A DNA stretch of 40,897 nucleotides from Octopus bimaculoides (Eukaryota), in the NCBI RefSeq assembly GCF_001194135.2, contig NC_068985.1:75432898-75473794 (forward strand). Reading direction: 5' to 3'. A model generated the notes under the pieces. The model did no database searches. It saw only the letters and a program-made list of their open reading frames with translations, and was not told where the DNA came from. This document shows, piece by piece, positions 20,614 to 32,647 of the stretch. The translations under genes and the position numbers were made by a program. How positions within the stretch are numbered: position 1 is the first letter of the stretch; each line of letters starts with the position of its first letter.

Positions 20614-22306
20614 AACGTCTCTGTGAATTATTGTGAATACTGATGTGTTACGCTGTGAAAACTGTGGGAATTACTGTAAGTTGTTTCTGGGAATAATTGT
20701 GATTTTTTGTGGAATTATTGTTGTTACGTTTCACGCGAGCCCATGCAATTTTTCCCCAGCTGTGGCGAGTGGTAGTGTCTCCAGTATGGAGAGCTACGCC
20801 AGGGCCACTGCGGCTAAAAAGCCAGTGCCGCTGGAACGAATTTTATCAAGGTGGATATGGAGGAGGTGAGCAGAAGCAGGAATTTGATAGAAGTAGAGGG
20901 AGACTCATACAATTTGCGCCCCCAAAAGAGACCAAGAAACTCAAAATTCTGAGGACAGTTGTGTATCGTACACAGGCTGTCGAAACCTGTAAAATTGAAA
21001 TGGTGACGGAAGAGGAAATCGAGGAGTGCCTGGGTGAAATTGTGAATGAAGCCACTTACATCAGCAGAGGAAGAAAGTTCGGTACGGTAGAGGTGAGGTT
21101 CGCCACTATAGAAGAGGCAACCAAGCATGCGACCAACATTTTAAAAACACCAAAAATAGCATTACTACCAAGTTATAGAGGAAGAAGAAGTGTGAGAATA
21201 CGTATTCCCAGAGTTACACCAGAAATTAAACCGGAGTGGTTGGTTGCAACAGTACTGGCTGCAACCAAGGAGGATCCGGAATTGGGACCAGTGGCGGAAA
21301 CAAAAGTGCGCAACTGGTGGGGATTTAGACTCGAAATGTGACTTTTTGCCACATTCGAGGACATAGAAAGAATTCCCTACCAGATAGAAGTAGAGGACGA
21401 GAGAACGTTAAATGTCGTAGTCGAGAGAAGAAAACCAAATTGTTACATATGCGGGGAAAGAGGTCATATGAAGACCGAATGCCACCTATATGAGTTCACA
21501 CAGCCAAAGAAAGAGAAAGCAGAAGCAGAGGAGGAAAACATTGTAGACCACACTGAGGAAATGAAAGAGAGACAGAAGTGTGAAACAGAGAAAACAAAGG
21601 AGAAGAACGAAAATGGATCTACTAACCCTAAAAAGTGAAAGAAAAATAAGTCAAAGTAATGGTCAACAGAAAACAAATAAGAGATAGAAAATCCAGAAAT
21701 TAATAATGTACAAGAAGAGCGGAAAGAACGGATAAAGATGTCAAATACAAGAGGGTTTTGATAAAGTAAGAGAATTGCGAGCAGATGGAGAGAAAAGTCG
21801 CGAAGTTGGAGGAAATAATAAGAGTGAATATGCCAGAGAAATGTGCTGAGAAATGCATTTTGATACACGTGGAAAACTACTGGGAGTACATAAAAGAACT
21901 TGGTGATAATATAATAACGAAATGGGTATGGTTGGTGGAGACACCACCCTATAGAACTGATTATCTGCAGTTGATAAGGACGGAAGTAACATTGGTTAAT
22001 GGGAGAAAAGTAACGTGAGTGTTTCAAGTTTTTCAGTTGCAAAACCGTTAAAATGTTTACATGATGTTGAACATGAAAGTGAAAAACTGGATAAATGTAA
22101 CCACCCGACTTCGGGGGTCGAGTCGACATTGCGCTTCATTTTTTCATTCTTGTATATTATCATTTTATTTTAATGTTTCTACTATTATCGTTCGCTTTTG
22201 TAATTTTTAGTTCCCCTATTTTATGTTTGTTGCGTTTTGTACCGTCTTTATGTTTTGGTATGTCTTTAAAATTCTTTGTATAGCCCTTTTGGGGTAATAA
22301 AGAAAT
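20614..22306 (+). mobile_element. Element A2: second full-length copy of the RT-less ORF1 retroposon, with 6-bp TSD CGATAT
   Basis: Collinear with A1 end to end; knuckle CYICGERGHMKTEC at 21441-21482; CGATAT at 20608-20613 and 22307-22312. Confidence 0.9.
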
Positions 22307-23896
22307 CGATATTTCGTCTGTCTTTACGTTCTGAGTTCAAATTTCACCGAGGTCGACTTTGCTTTTCATCCTCTCGTGATCGATAAATTAAGTACCAGTT
22401 GTGTACTAGGGTNNNNNNNNNNNNNNNNNNNNNNNNNNNNNNNNNNNNNNNNNNNNNNNNNNNNNNNNNNNNNNNNNNNNNNNNNNNNNNNNNNNNNNNN
22501 NNNNNNNNNNNNNNNNNNNNNNNNNNNNNNNNNNNNNNNNNNNNNNNNNNNNNNNNNNNNNNNNNNNNNNNNNNNNNNNNNNNNNNNNNNNNNNNNNNNN
22601 NNNNNNNNNNNNNNNNNNNNNNNNNNNNNNNNNNNNNNNNNNNNNNNNNNNNNNNNNNNNNNNNNNNNNNNNNNNNNNNNNNNNNNNNNNNNNNNNNNNN
22701 NNNNNNNNNNNNNNNNNNNNNNNNNNNNNNNNNNNNNNNNNNNNNNNNNNNNNNNNNNNNNNNNNNNNNNNNNNNNNNNNNNNNNNNNNNNNNNNNNNNN
22801 NNNNNNNNNNNNNNNNNNNNNNNNNNNNNNNNNNNNNNNNNNNNNNNNNNNNNNNNNNNNNNNNNNNNNNNNNNNNNNNNNNNNNNNNNNNNNNNNNNNN
22901 NNNNNNNNNNNNNNNNNNNNNNNNNNNNNNNNNNNNNNNNNNNNNNNNNNNNNNNNNNNNNNNNNNNNNNNNNNNNNNNNNNNNNNNNNNNNNNNNNNNN
23001 NNNNNNNNNNNNNNNNNNNNNNNNNNNNNNNNNNNNNNNNNNNNNNNNNNNNNNNNNNNNNNNNNNNNNNNNNNNNNNNNNNNNNNNNNNNNNNNNNNNN
23101 NNNNNNNNNNNNNNNNNNNNNNNNNNNNNNNNNNNNNNNNNNNNNNNNNNNNNNNNNNNNNNNNNNNNNNNNNNNNNNNNNNNNNNNNNNNNNNNNNNNN
23201 NNNNNNNNNNNNNNNNNNNNNNNNNNNNNNNNNNNNNNNNNNNNNNNNNNNNNNNNNNNNNNNNNNNNNNNNNNNNNNNNNNNNNNNNNNNNNNNNNNNN
23301 NNNNNNNATGTATAATTATCTATATGCCGCGGGAATTACAGGTCTCAGTTCAATATATTCTTTCAGTTAAATTATCTTGAGAACTGAAAATGTTATAATT
23401 ATAATTCTACACATTTCATAAGCTGGATGAGCGCGGAAGATATTTTCTCCAAGAGCATAAACTCTTCTGCTCGGTTTCGATTTCTTCTTGAAAGCTATTT
23501 TTATTCTCTTATATAGCATCTATGAAAGCTAGCAAAAATAACCCATATGAGACAGATGAAAAATGCAAATTGCTGTTCTGTTTTCGACTTCAGAAGTTTA
23601 ATCGCATAGGAAGAACAGCAGTGCCTATTATACCTTTTTAGGGCCTCCGAGAATGGTGGGAAGGAGGAAGTACAGTATGTCAAAACTAAGGACCTGGCAG
23701 CAATGCTTCCAGGAGAGGTGGACTCCACTAAAGGCACTGAAGAACCGGGTGATGGTATTACCGAATAACGAACAAAGATTCCCACCAAGTACGCCAGTTG
23801 GGATTTGAACTCAGGGTCAAAAGATCCGGAGCAAATATCGTTGAACATCGTCTTTGATTGCCTATAAACATTTGATTAAACTTCTGTGGCTATATA

Positions 23897-24254
23897 GACG
23901 CAGGTGTGATTGTGTGGTAAGAAATTTGCTTCTCGAGAAATTTTGGCTTCAGTCCCACGGCGTAGCACGTTGGGTAAGTGTCTTCTACTATAGCGCCGGA
24001 CTGACCAAAGCCTTGTGAGTGGATTTGATTGACTGAAACTGAAAGAAGCGCCATTGTATACAGAGATATATGCGTGTGATGTTTTCTCCAACCACTGCTT
24101 GACAACCGATGCTGGTTTGTATACGTAATTAGTGGTTCGGCAAAAAGAGTCTGATAGAATAAATATTGGATCGATTTGTTCGACTAAGGCGTCAAGGTTG
24201 TGTCATAGCAGGGCTGCAGTCTAATGTCTGAAACAAGTAAAAGATAAAAGATAA
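23897..24254 (+). mobile_element. SINE family B, full length
   Basis: GTGTGGTAAGAA head, TTCAGTCCCAC, CAAAGCCTTGTGAGTGGATTTG, CTTGACAACCGATGCTGG, TGAAACAAGTAAAAGATAAAAGA tail. Confidence 0.85.
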
Positions 24255-24659
24255 TTAGAAATATGTTTACCATCTGAAAATTGGAAAGTAAATACAATAT
24301 AGCAGAACAGATTGAAGTGTGTGTAGTCCTACCTCTTGCAAAACGCAAACTGTAACTACCGGAAATAAATTATTCTAGTGTATAAATTTGAATATATTAG
24401 GAGAGACACTGATTTTTTACTAGTTTATGCAAATATGCACGTATGCATGCACAGAATCGTATGCTGGAAGTGTACGACATATATAAAATTGAGGCTCAGA
24501 ATTTGAGCTACGTTAAACTCCTATATCAATACGATGCATCTCGAGGGGCATCAATATAGGTATTACAGTAGGAAAAAAAACATAGATTTAAAGAATAACC
24601 AGAAAGCAGACTTGGTATTTCAATTATTTCATTACGATAGTTTTGGTAATTGATAACCA

Positions 24660-25458
24660 ATCATCATATTATCAGCAGTTACTTTCTCTGAGTCTCTGGA
24701 TCTCTTAAGAAACACTCTCCTTTTATTGAGTGAGGAAGTGGAAACACTTGGTCTTAGAAACTCTTGGATCAATACAAAGATACAGTCTTTCGTTAACTTT
24801 TTTGGTGGACTCCGCCTCGTCAATCTCTGTTGCTGGTGAGAATATCGAAGTTACTGACCGCTTTACTTAACTTGACACTGAGATTCATAGCGGCATGAGC
24901 TGCATGCCTGAAGTCCTAAAGCTGGACTAGCTGTTGCTTTCTGGACTCATTGGACAAGAGTGTTTGGCGTTACCGACATCAGGCGAGAGGACGAAGGTTC
25001 GGATCTTTAGGTCTCTGTTCCTCTCTGTCTCGCTCTATAGTTGTGAGACTCCTTTCGGAACTGCATGAACTCCTTTGTTACCAGGACGCTTCGCAAGATT
25101 ATGGGTTATCATTGGTCGGACATTCTTATCCAACCAACGACCGTACTCAGAAAGCGGGATGTTTCCTGTTATGTACATGATTTGTAAGCGCCAGCTCAGG
25201 CTGTTTGGCCACGTTGCTCGATTTTCTGAGTTTGACACTGCTTACCGTATTCTCTTCATTTAGGATCCAGCTGGATTGACGTCTCATGTTGGTTGACTAT
25301 ATACCACATAGTCACGACAGATGAGGAAGTATCTCGCAGAGATGAGAAATAACTGGGACTCTGCTCAACGAATCAGCTCGGAGTACCCGGTAATATACCG
25401 ACAAAAGGTGAATACAGCAACGCGCTGCTACGTTGTATGCTCCCATACCTAACCTGAA
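24660..25458 (+). mobile_element. RTE-clade LINE, 3' fragment (RT C-terminus), degenerate
   Basis: ESLDLL..EEVETLGL..W..TKIQ, VAGENIEVTDRFT, TKVRIFRSL, CKRQLRLFGHVARF; ends ACCTAACCTGA. Confidence 0.85.
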
Positions 25459-26249
25459 TCATATTATATCGATATGGCATGTTGAAATATGGTTTATTGA
25501 AGCAGTTCATCTCTTATATATAGACATGAAATTTTGATAGTAAAAGTACATCAGCTACAGCTAGATATTGAGGGAAGAGGAAAACAATAACGTGGGTAAT
25601 TAAAGACATAACAACAGTTGCTCAACATAATGTATCACCGTTTAGATTGTGGTATGAATAAATCAAGGTGACATAAGTAAGAAGGAGGTCAGGGGAATAA
25701 ACTAACCCAGATTATAAAAATCGATTAAATAACCAGAAACTCAAACTTTCTATTTCGTTAGCTGAATATATTTTTATAATCAAATGGAAAGGAGTAAAAC
25801 ATTAAATGCCACTGGCCTATTGTCGATTCCGGGGCTGGATGTGTGTGTAGGTTATGTTTAAGTGGAATTATGATCCAGTCCTTGCTGCAGTGTGGTGGTT
25901 TATGTGCCTCAATGACGCTGAGTGTTATGCCATTAGAGCATAACCTCCTGATAGGGACCCCAATGTTAAACAAAGGATAGAGGCCAGGCTATTATGGGCC
26001 TCCTTTTCGTAGAATCAAAAGTAGGTTTATGTAAGGCCAACACTTCTGCCTTTAAAAACAGTCAAATTATAGAATCTGTGACAATTCAAAACAAATAAGA
26101 TCAAAGAGAGGAGATCATATACAATATAACCAACCTCAACAAACTTCTCGATCAGTCTATAGTTTTAAAAAATTCTATTTTGTTTATCACGCTGAGAATG
26201 GAGCATATATTTTGGTGGCAAAAAGTCGGCATAATTGATCATAGTATAT

Positions 26250-26467
26250 TATTGGGTTCAAATTTTGATACAAGGCCAACAATTTGGAGGGAGTGGGATA
26301 GTCGATTATATTGAACTCCGTATTCAACTGGTATATATTTTATTAACTCAGAAAGGATGAAAGGCAAAGTCGACGTCAGGAGAATTTGAACACAGAACGT
26401 GAAGACACACGAAAATCTGCTAAGCATTTCGCCCGGCTTACTAACGATCTTACCAGGTCGCCACCTT
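26250..26467 (-). mobile_element. SINE family A, uninterrupted
   Basis: Reverse complement of the family consensus, including GAAAGGATGAAAGGCAAAGTCGAC. Confidence 0.85.
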
Positions 26468-26661
26468 ATCATAGTATGTTATTGGTATTATCGATACAAT
26501 TGGTTTTATCGATGCTGGTAAAATGCAGTCGATTCTGAAATCATTTTAAAATATATTAAAGATATTCTCATCTCGGAGCATCCTGTAATATACAACTCGA
26601 AAGTCTGTTTATACATTTTTTTCTTTGCAAAGTGTCGCAGGCTCTAAATTTCTAAGTATAC

Positions 26662-26662
<1 letters not shown>

Positions 26663-26734
<72 letters not shown>

Positions 26735-26749
26735 TGTGTGCGCGCGCGC
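26663..26749. repeat. (TG)n followed by (CG)n
   Basis: Direct reading of the sequence. Confidence 0.97.
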
Positions 26750-28214
26750 TCTATATCCAAGTAATTCTAGTTGTATTGGGAGGGACATGTGAGAATATCT
26801 ATTTCAAGTCTACCAAATCTACCTAATTCATGATATGCTTAGAATTCTTTATAGGAAGACTTCTGGGTCTTTTCCACAAGAATAAAACAATCCAGTCCAT
26901 ATCAGCTTGCGTATCTCGAAAATATATCATGTTTTACTTTTAACTGATTCTTTTCCTTTGAAACCTCCCAGGATTCGTGATTCTAAAAAGATATATATGT
27001 TTATGTTTTACTTCATGATAAATAGCAAAAATAACACACAACATTACTTTTATAGAAATATTCTATTTTCTGTTGCTATAATCATATAATTTTCCGTTGT
27101 CACAAAATCAATATTTCATTTTTACACCTGATTCTTCATCGTAAGTTTTTAAATAGGATTATATTTAAAGAACATAAATTGAAAAGGAACAGAAAGTGAA
27201 AGTAACTTCTTGTTTCTGTAACAAATGAGCAAATATAAAATATATTTTTTCTTTTCAATTATAAGATTAACACTTTAGAGACAAGGTACGAAAACAGTGA
27301 CAATCTGAAACAGTCGGCATTGGACAGACGGATTACTATCGTCAGAGAAATATTGGTTTAATCTACTCAGAGAAAATACAGACCAGGATATAAATGTCAA
27401 ATGATATTATTCATCTGTTTTCTTTCTGATACAACCTATGCTTATGACTATGACCAATTAATCAGTCAAACGCTACATCAACCAGTTAAATACTCAAATC
27501 AAAATCTAATGAAAATATATACAACAGATTTCATTCGAAATAAGTTGGGCTGTATGCCTGATTGACACATGTTTACTTTTTATATATATTACTTTCCCCA
27601 TTAGCTATCTATATTTTCCCCCTCTATGAAAAATAATGTATATGCCACTAATGCCTGTGACACAATGTACCACACCAGTTAAGCTTTTCTTCAGCACATT
27701 CTCATTTGATAGCTACGTCTCTCCCTCACTGACAATCACGCCTAGATTTTATATTTTCACGTGTTATTTTATTTCATTTTTATGAATACACAAAAAGAAA
27801 TAATGCGTCTTGGCATTCGGAAACTGATGAGTGTCATTTGGTTGACACCCAGATTGAATTTCTATGAAGCGAATTTTGTAGGGGAAAATTGGAATCTTTT
27901 CTGTTTGGCTGCCAAGGTCAATTTCTGTTCAAATTGATTTCAAATTCAGTGTAATGGTACAATGTTACAGGCTGGTCAATGTCATAAAATCATTCTCACC
28001 TTAAATCAATAAATAGAGTTATTAGCTATTAAAGTTTGAAAATTTGGGGTAATTTTAGCCAATCGTAAGCTAAAGACACATTCATGCCTGTTTCCATAGT
28101 AACAAGCCGATTATGAGAACTCTTGACAGAGAGAAAACACGTGTTGACAAATATATTGAAACCACTTGTTGACGCTGTGTTCTACCGTTTTACGTACCTG
28201 GAAATTTTGATTAT

Positions 28215-28440
28215 GGCAGCAAGCTACGGTAATATCGCATCTATGATGGAAACACTGAGAACAGAGGAGGATGCTGTATCGTGCCTACAAGAAACCTACA
28301 AGAAATGTTATGAGTACAAGAAAATGTGGTGGGAATACGAAGTGGTGATGCTGGCACCAAGGATGCATGGAGTCTGTGTCAGCGAGAAAAGACACATGGT
28401 TTGAAAGCTGCACCCTTCCACTCGGGACTAAAAATACTTA
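28215..28440 (+). mobile_element. Possible Merlin/ISXO2-like transposase N-terminal remnant
   Basis: LRTEEDAVSCLQE..KC..KKM then, in another frame, SARKDTWFESCTLPL, resembling the SIRxxTWFExSxL motif; short and decayed. Confidence 0.45.
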
Positions 28441-28785
28441 ATTTGTAATGTGCTGTTTATCGAAGTAAATGCATATAGAATGCTTAAAAGTACAAAAGAC
28501 GTTTTTTTACCAGTTTTCCACGAGGTAATTGGTAAGGAATACGCAAGTGGGTGAGACGTGGTAATAATGAGAAAGGTATGAAAGATAAACATGTCAAGTA
28601 TTCTTCGGAAAGGCTGGTACGCTTATTCCTTGTTAGGTGTAGTAATAGTTATTGTAGAAGTGGTAAAAGATTAAGATGTTAGAGCGCATAAGTAAGACAT
28701 TGTAACCTTAAGTCTGCTTAAAGAGATTACCTATAATATGCAGCCAGGCGAGCAAGAAGGTGCGACGACAGCGCTACGACTCCGG

Positions 28786-28795
28786 ATATATATAT

Positions 28796-28843
<48 letters not shown>
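28786..28843. repeat. (TA)n(TG)n microsatellite
   Basis: Direct reading of the sequence. Confidence 0.95.
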
Positions 28844-28844
<1 letters not shown>

Positions 28845-28847
28845 GTA

Positions 28848-29135
28848 AAAAGTTTGATTTTCAACCACATAGCTCAGGGTTCACACCCACCGCGTGGCAC
28901 CTATGTCTTATACTCTACATTTGAGCCGACTAAAATCTTGTGAATGGATTTAGTAAGCAGAAACTGAATGAAGCCCATCGCATATATGTGTGTGTCTTCG
29001 TGTCTGTGTTTGTCCCGCACGCGCACGCACACACACACACACACCGCTTGACAACCGCTGGTTGTGTGTTTACGTTCACGTAACTTAGCGGTTCTGCAAA
29101 AGAAACCGATAGATTAAGTAACAAGCTTTAAAAGA
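28848..29135 (+). mobile_element. SINE family B
   Basis: CAACCACAT..GGGTTCAC.CCCAC.GCGTGGCACC..CTTGACAACCG..ACTTAGCGGTTCTGCAAAAG. Confidence 0.8.
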
Positions 29136-29145
29136 TATGTTTATA

Positions 29146-29420
29146 TCTTTTATCATTTATTTGTTTCAGACATTAGACTGCAACCATGCGGGAGCGCCGC
29201 TTTGAAGAATTTTAGACGAACGAATCGACCGCAGTCCTTATTTTTAAGTCTGGTATTTATTCTACTGGTTTCTTTTTAGCTGAACAGATTAGTCGCGGAA
29301 ACGTGAAACGTTCGTAAACACACCAACACCGGTTGTCAAGCAATGGTGGGGGACCAGCACTGACACAAAAACATACTCACATACACACACGTGTACGCGT
29401 GCGCGCATCCATACATACAT
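29146..29420 (-). mobile_element. SINE family B 3' half, inverted against the previous copy
   Basis: TTTGTTTCAGACATTAGACTGC..CGGTTGTCAAGC is the reverse complement of the family tail. Confidence 0.8.
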
Positions 29421-29472
29421 ATACACACGCGTACACTCACACAAACCTGTGTGTGTATATATATATATTGTC

Positions 29473-29487
29473 ATTATTATTATTATA

Positions 29488-29522
<35 letters not shown>

Positions 29523-29535
29523 CATTATTATTATT
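29473..29535. repeat. (ATT)n microsatellite
   Basis: Direct reading of the sequence. Confidence 0.97.
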
Positions 29536-30073
29536 CTAGTTTAGAAACAAACTGCATTGTGTAGTGCTAGACTGACACATTCATCTTCGTAGCAATTAAT
29601 TTGTTTTTTCAGATTCGGCTTCATGTTATATATTATTTTCATGATTAAGATCTGTCTGGAAATATATATTTGAAATCGCATGCAGATGACGTATGCATCT
29701 GCAAATATTAAAGTGTATTGATTGGTTGTGTCGTCTGTACAATAAAACTGTAGTTAGAGATGACTGACATTTAGATACAATACTTACGGAATTTTTTAAT
29801 GTGATTGATTAACGAAGAAAAAGAAAACAATATGAGTCCTTAACCAAAAATCTTTAGATGTACCATAGATGTAAGGGTGTTTATTGAAGGTAGCTGTGAA
29901 CAACAGCTGCAATGGAATGAACTGATAGTTAAATGCCCATATACACAGACATGACAGAAGTAAATAGACAACCCATAAAACATCGTTTTATGTTTATTCT
30001 AACATGTAAAGGTTTATATCTTTTATTAATTGACATTTTTATTTCAAATTCTATGTGACTATTTAATCCTGCC

Positions 30074-31030
30074 ATGTGCAAAAGAAGCCTTGGAACTGCC
30101 TGACTTTCAGGCCTTATTGTGGGTCATTCTGAAAATGGACATAGCGTAAAATCACAGAAAATTTTGGTATCTCGCTTTCTACAGTTAATAGAGTGATTGC
30201 ACAATTCACCAAAGAGGGAAAGGAGTCCATACCACCTCGCCAAGATCAACCTAGCCCTCTGACAGAACCCTTTTCTTTGCTAAGAGAGGTATGGTGGATA
30301 ATCTTCGTTGCAAGACTTCTGACATAGCAGAACAAGTTGATGTCAGTCCCAGAACAGTTGTCAGGTATCTCCACAAACTTGGTTATTATGGCAGAGCAGC
30401 AAGAAGAAAGCCACTTCGACTTGCCAACATCAAGCGGAGAAAATATTGGGTTAGTGAGATGGTGGAGAGGCCACTAGCATTTTGGGATACTGTCATATTC
30501 TCCAATGAGTCCAGATTTGCTGTATTTCCTGACAGTTGTCGCGTGTGGATCTAGAGACTGCGATCAATAATTTGATGTGAAAAGATTACAGCTAACAATG
30601 GAACACGGCAGCTATTCTGTGATTGTCTGGGGAGCAGTTTGGAGCAATGGTTGATTAGAGGTGGTGCAATGTGAGTAAAACATAAACTCAGATAAATATG
30701 TGTCCATATTGCAGAAAGGACTCATTTCAATCTTCTCCAGTACTAAAATGATTCGAGAAGACTCTTTATTTATGGAAGATGGGTCTCTTTGTCACACAGT
30801 TAAAATTACCCAAGATTTGTTGGATGAGAATGGCGTTAAAAAGCTTCTATGACCAAGCCAATCACCAGATATGAACCCTATTGAAAACTTCTTGGACATA
30901 ATGGACAGGACACTTCATAAAAAGAACAAGAAAGCATCTTCAAAACCAGATTTTTTGAGATTACTGCATTAAACTTGGAAAGAATAGGGTACTTACATTG
31001 AAAAATGTAAAGGGCATGTCTACTAAATAT
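30074..31030 (+). mobile_element. Tc1-family (DD34E-type) transposase pseudogene
   Basis: VSPRTVVRYLHKLGYYGRAARRKP, WDTVIFSNESRF, FMEDGSLCHT, PSQSPDMNPIEN, terminal KGMSTKY; frameshifts and stops. Confidence 0.9.
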
Positions 31031-31044
31031 ATTCCACCAACGCA

Positions 31045-32478
31045 ACAGGGGAAATCAAAACAAGAACCATTGTTTTAAAACGTTTTGCCCAGAGGAAATG
31101 AAGATGGTACATATGGACCAGAATAAAACTGAAAAATGTCTTCCACTAATCTGAAATGACATTATTTATGTTACAAGATGGAGGAAATTTCGCACAGTAG
31201 AAGCCAGAATTAGGACGATGGAGAAGACACGCGAGCACTCTGTCAGGCCGTTAAAAACAAAGGAAGTGGTGCTTCTGCCGACCTATATTGGGCGGTGCAC
31301 GTCCCGTGTCAAGGTAACAGAAGTACCGCCGGAGAGTGATGCCGTGTGAGTGATGGCCGCCCTGTTATTTAACAGAGAAGACAAAATTAACATTTTATGA
31401 GTGACACGCTTTTCCCCCCAAAATTGGCTCGGGCAGAGCATCGCGTCCATCATTCAAGCGGCACCGGAGACCTGGAAAGGATTAACGACAGAGTGATCGT
31501 GGGTGAGAATGTGGTCCTGAAAATTCAAGTGGAGGGGAAACAAGATACGAAAATTTGCGTTAAGGTTGAGGCACCTCCGGTTTTACCTGGATGGGGAGCA
31601 GGTGTGGTCACCGCACGTTAGGCTCTACCTTCCACAGCTGACGTCCTTAATGGATATTGGTCCATGGATCAAACGAAGACCTAAGCTGAGTGATTGGCAA
31701 TTGAAGTGCTGTCAGGCGCTCCAGCTACTCTCTCGGGCGGACAATACCGGTAAGAGGATTACCACTGCGGATTCTATAACGGGTTAGTGGAATTTATGTC
31801 AGATGATGTCCTGAGTGAGGCCCTTGTCTTCGATGGAAATCAGTTGATCAACCTGTTCAGGAGAACTTTCGGGCAGGGGTATCTGGATAATTACTAGAAA
31901 TCCCTAGCTAGGCAGTGCTACCGTTCGGCTTTGCCTGTTCGAGACAAGCTGTCAAGGCATGGAAGTGCCGTCTCGCCAACATGCCCGAGGTGCCGACGGG
32001 ACAGAGAAACTGTCTTGCATGCCTTCGTAGAGTGTCCGGAATTATTAAGACTGATAAATTTTGTCGAGCAACTGTTGTCAGCGATAGGAAGAGTACAGCT
32101 ATCGGCTGAGTCTATCATCAAGATTGTGCTGCTTCCCTCCCTTAACAGAGAAAGGAATGCTTGTTTTTTTCTGCATAATAGCCATACTGACAGATACAGT
32201 ATGGAAGACGCGTGTAAGAGATATAGTGACCAGTACCTTCGTCTCCGGCCAGGGATTGGTTAACGTCTTTAGTTACCACCTCGATAGTAAGATCAGGCTG
32301 GAGAAGAGATACCTGGCGAAAAGATGGAGCAAGTAGTGAACATGCTGCGAGCGACTAGAGCCAGGTAACTGTGGTCAGAAGGAAAAGTAAAGGTTCGAAA
32401 CTGGCGGTTGGATGCCTTTCCTTCAGTTATGCACATTGCAAAATGTGCAATGATTATCAGGTTTAATTTGAAATTTAA

Positions 32479-32510
<32 letters not shown>

Positions 32511-32647
32511 TAACTGCATGACATCTGTTTATCGTCATCCGAAACTTTTTCATTCGTAGTGAACAACTTCTTCACCCTCTATGTTTGTCTGTCCTCGTTT
32601 GTCCCATCTATGTAAGGCTTCTATAGCCAATTTCATGAAATAAAGAA
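31045..32647 (+). mobile_element. Element D: internally deleted Tx1/L1-type LINE (ORF1 remnant joined to the ORF2 C-terminus with zf-RVT)
   Basis: YVTRWRKFRTVEAR..LLPTYIGRCTSRVKV (ORF1 family); LPVRDKLSRHGSAVSPTCPRCRRDRETVLHAFVEC (zf-RVT); 3' UTR ends TTTGTCTGTCCTCGTTTGTCCC..GGCTTCTATAGCC..AATAAAGAA. Confidence 0.8.

Noticed and set aside
27824-27855. CTGATGA followed by a GTGTCA/TGACAC hairpin
   Set aside because: No GAAA after stem II and no convincing stems I or III, so not called a hammerhead
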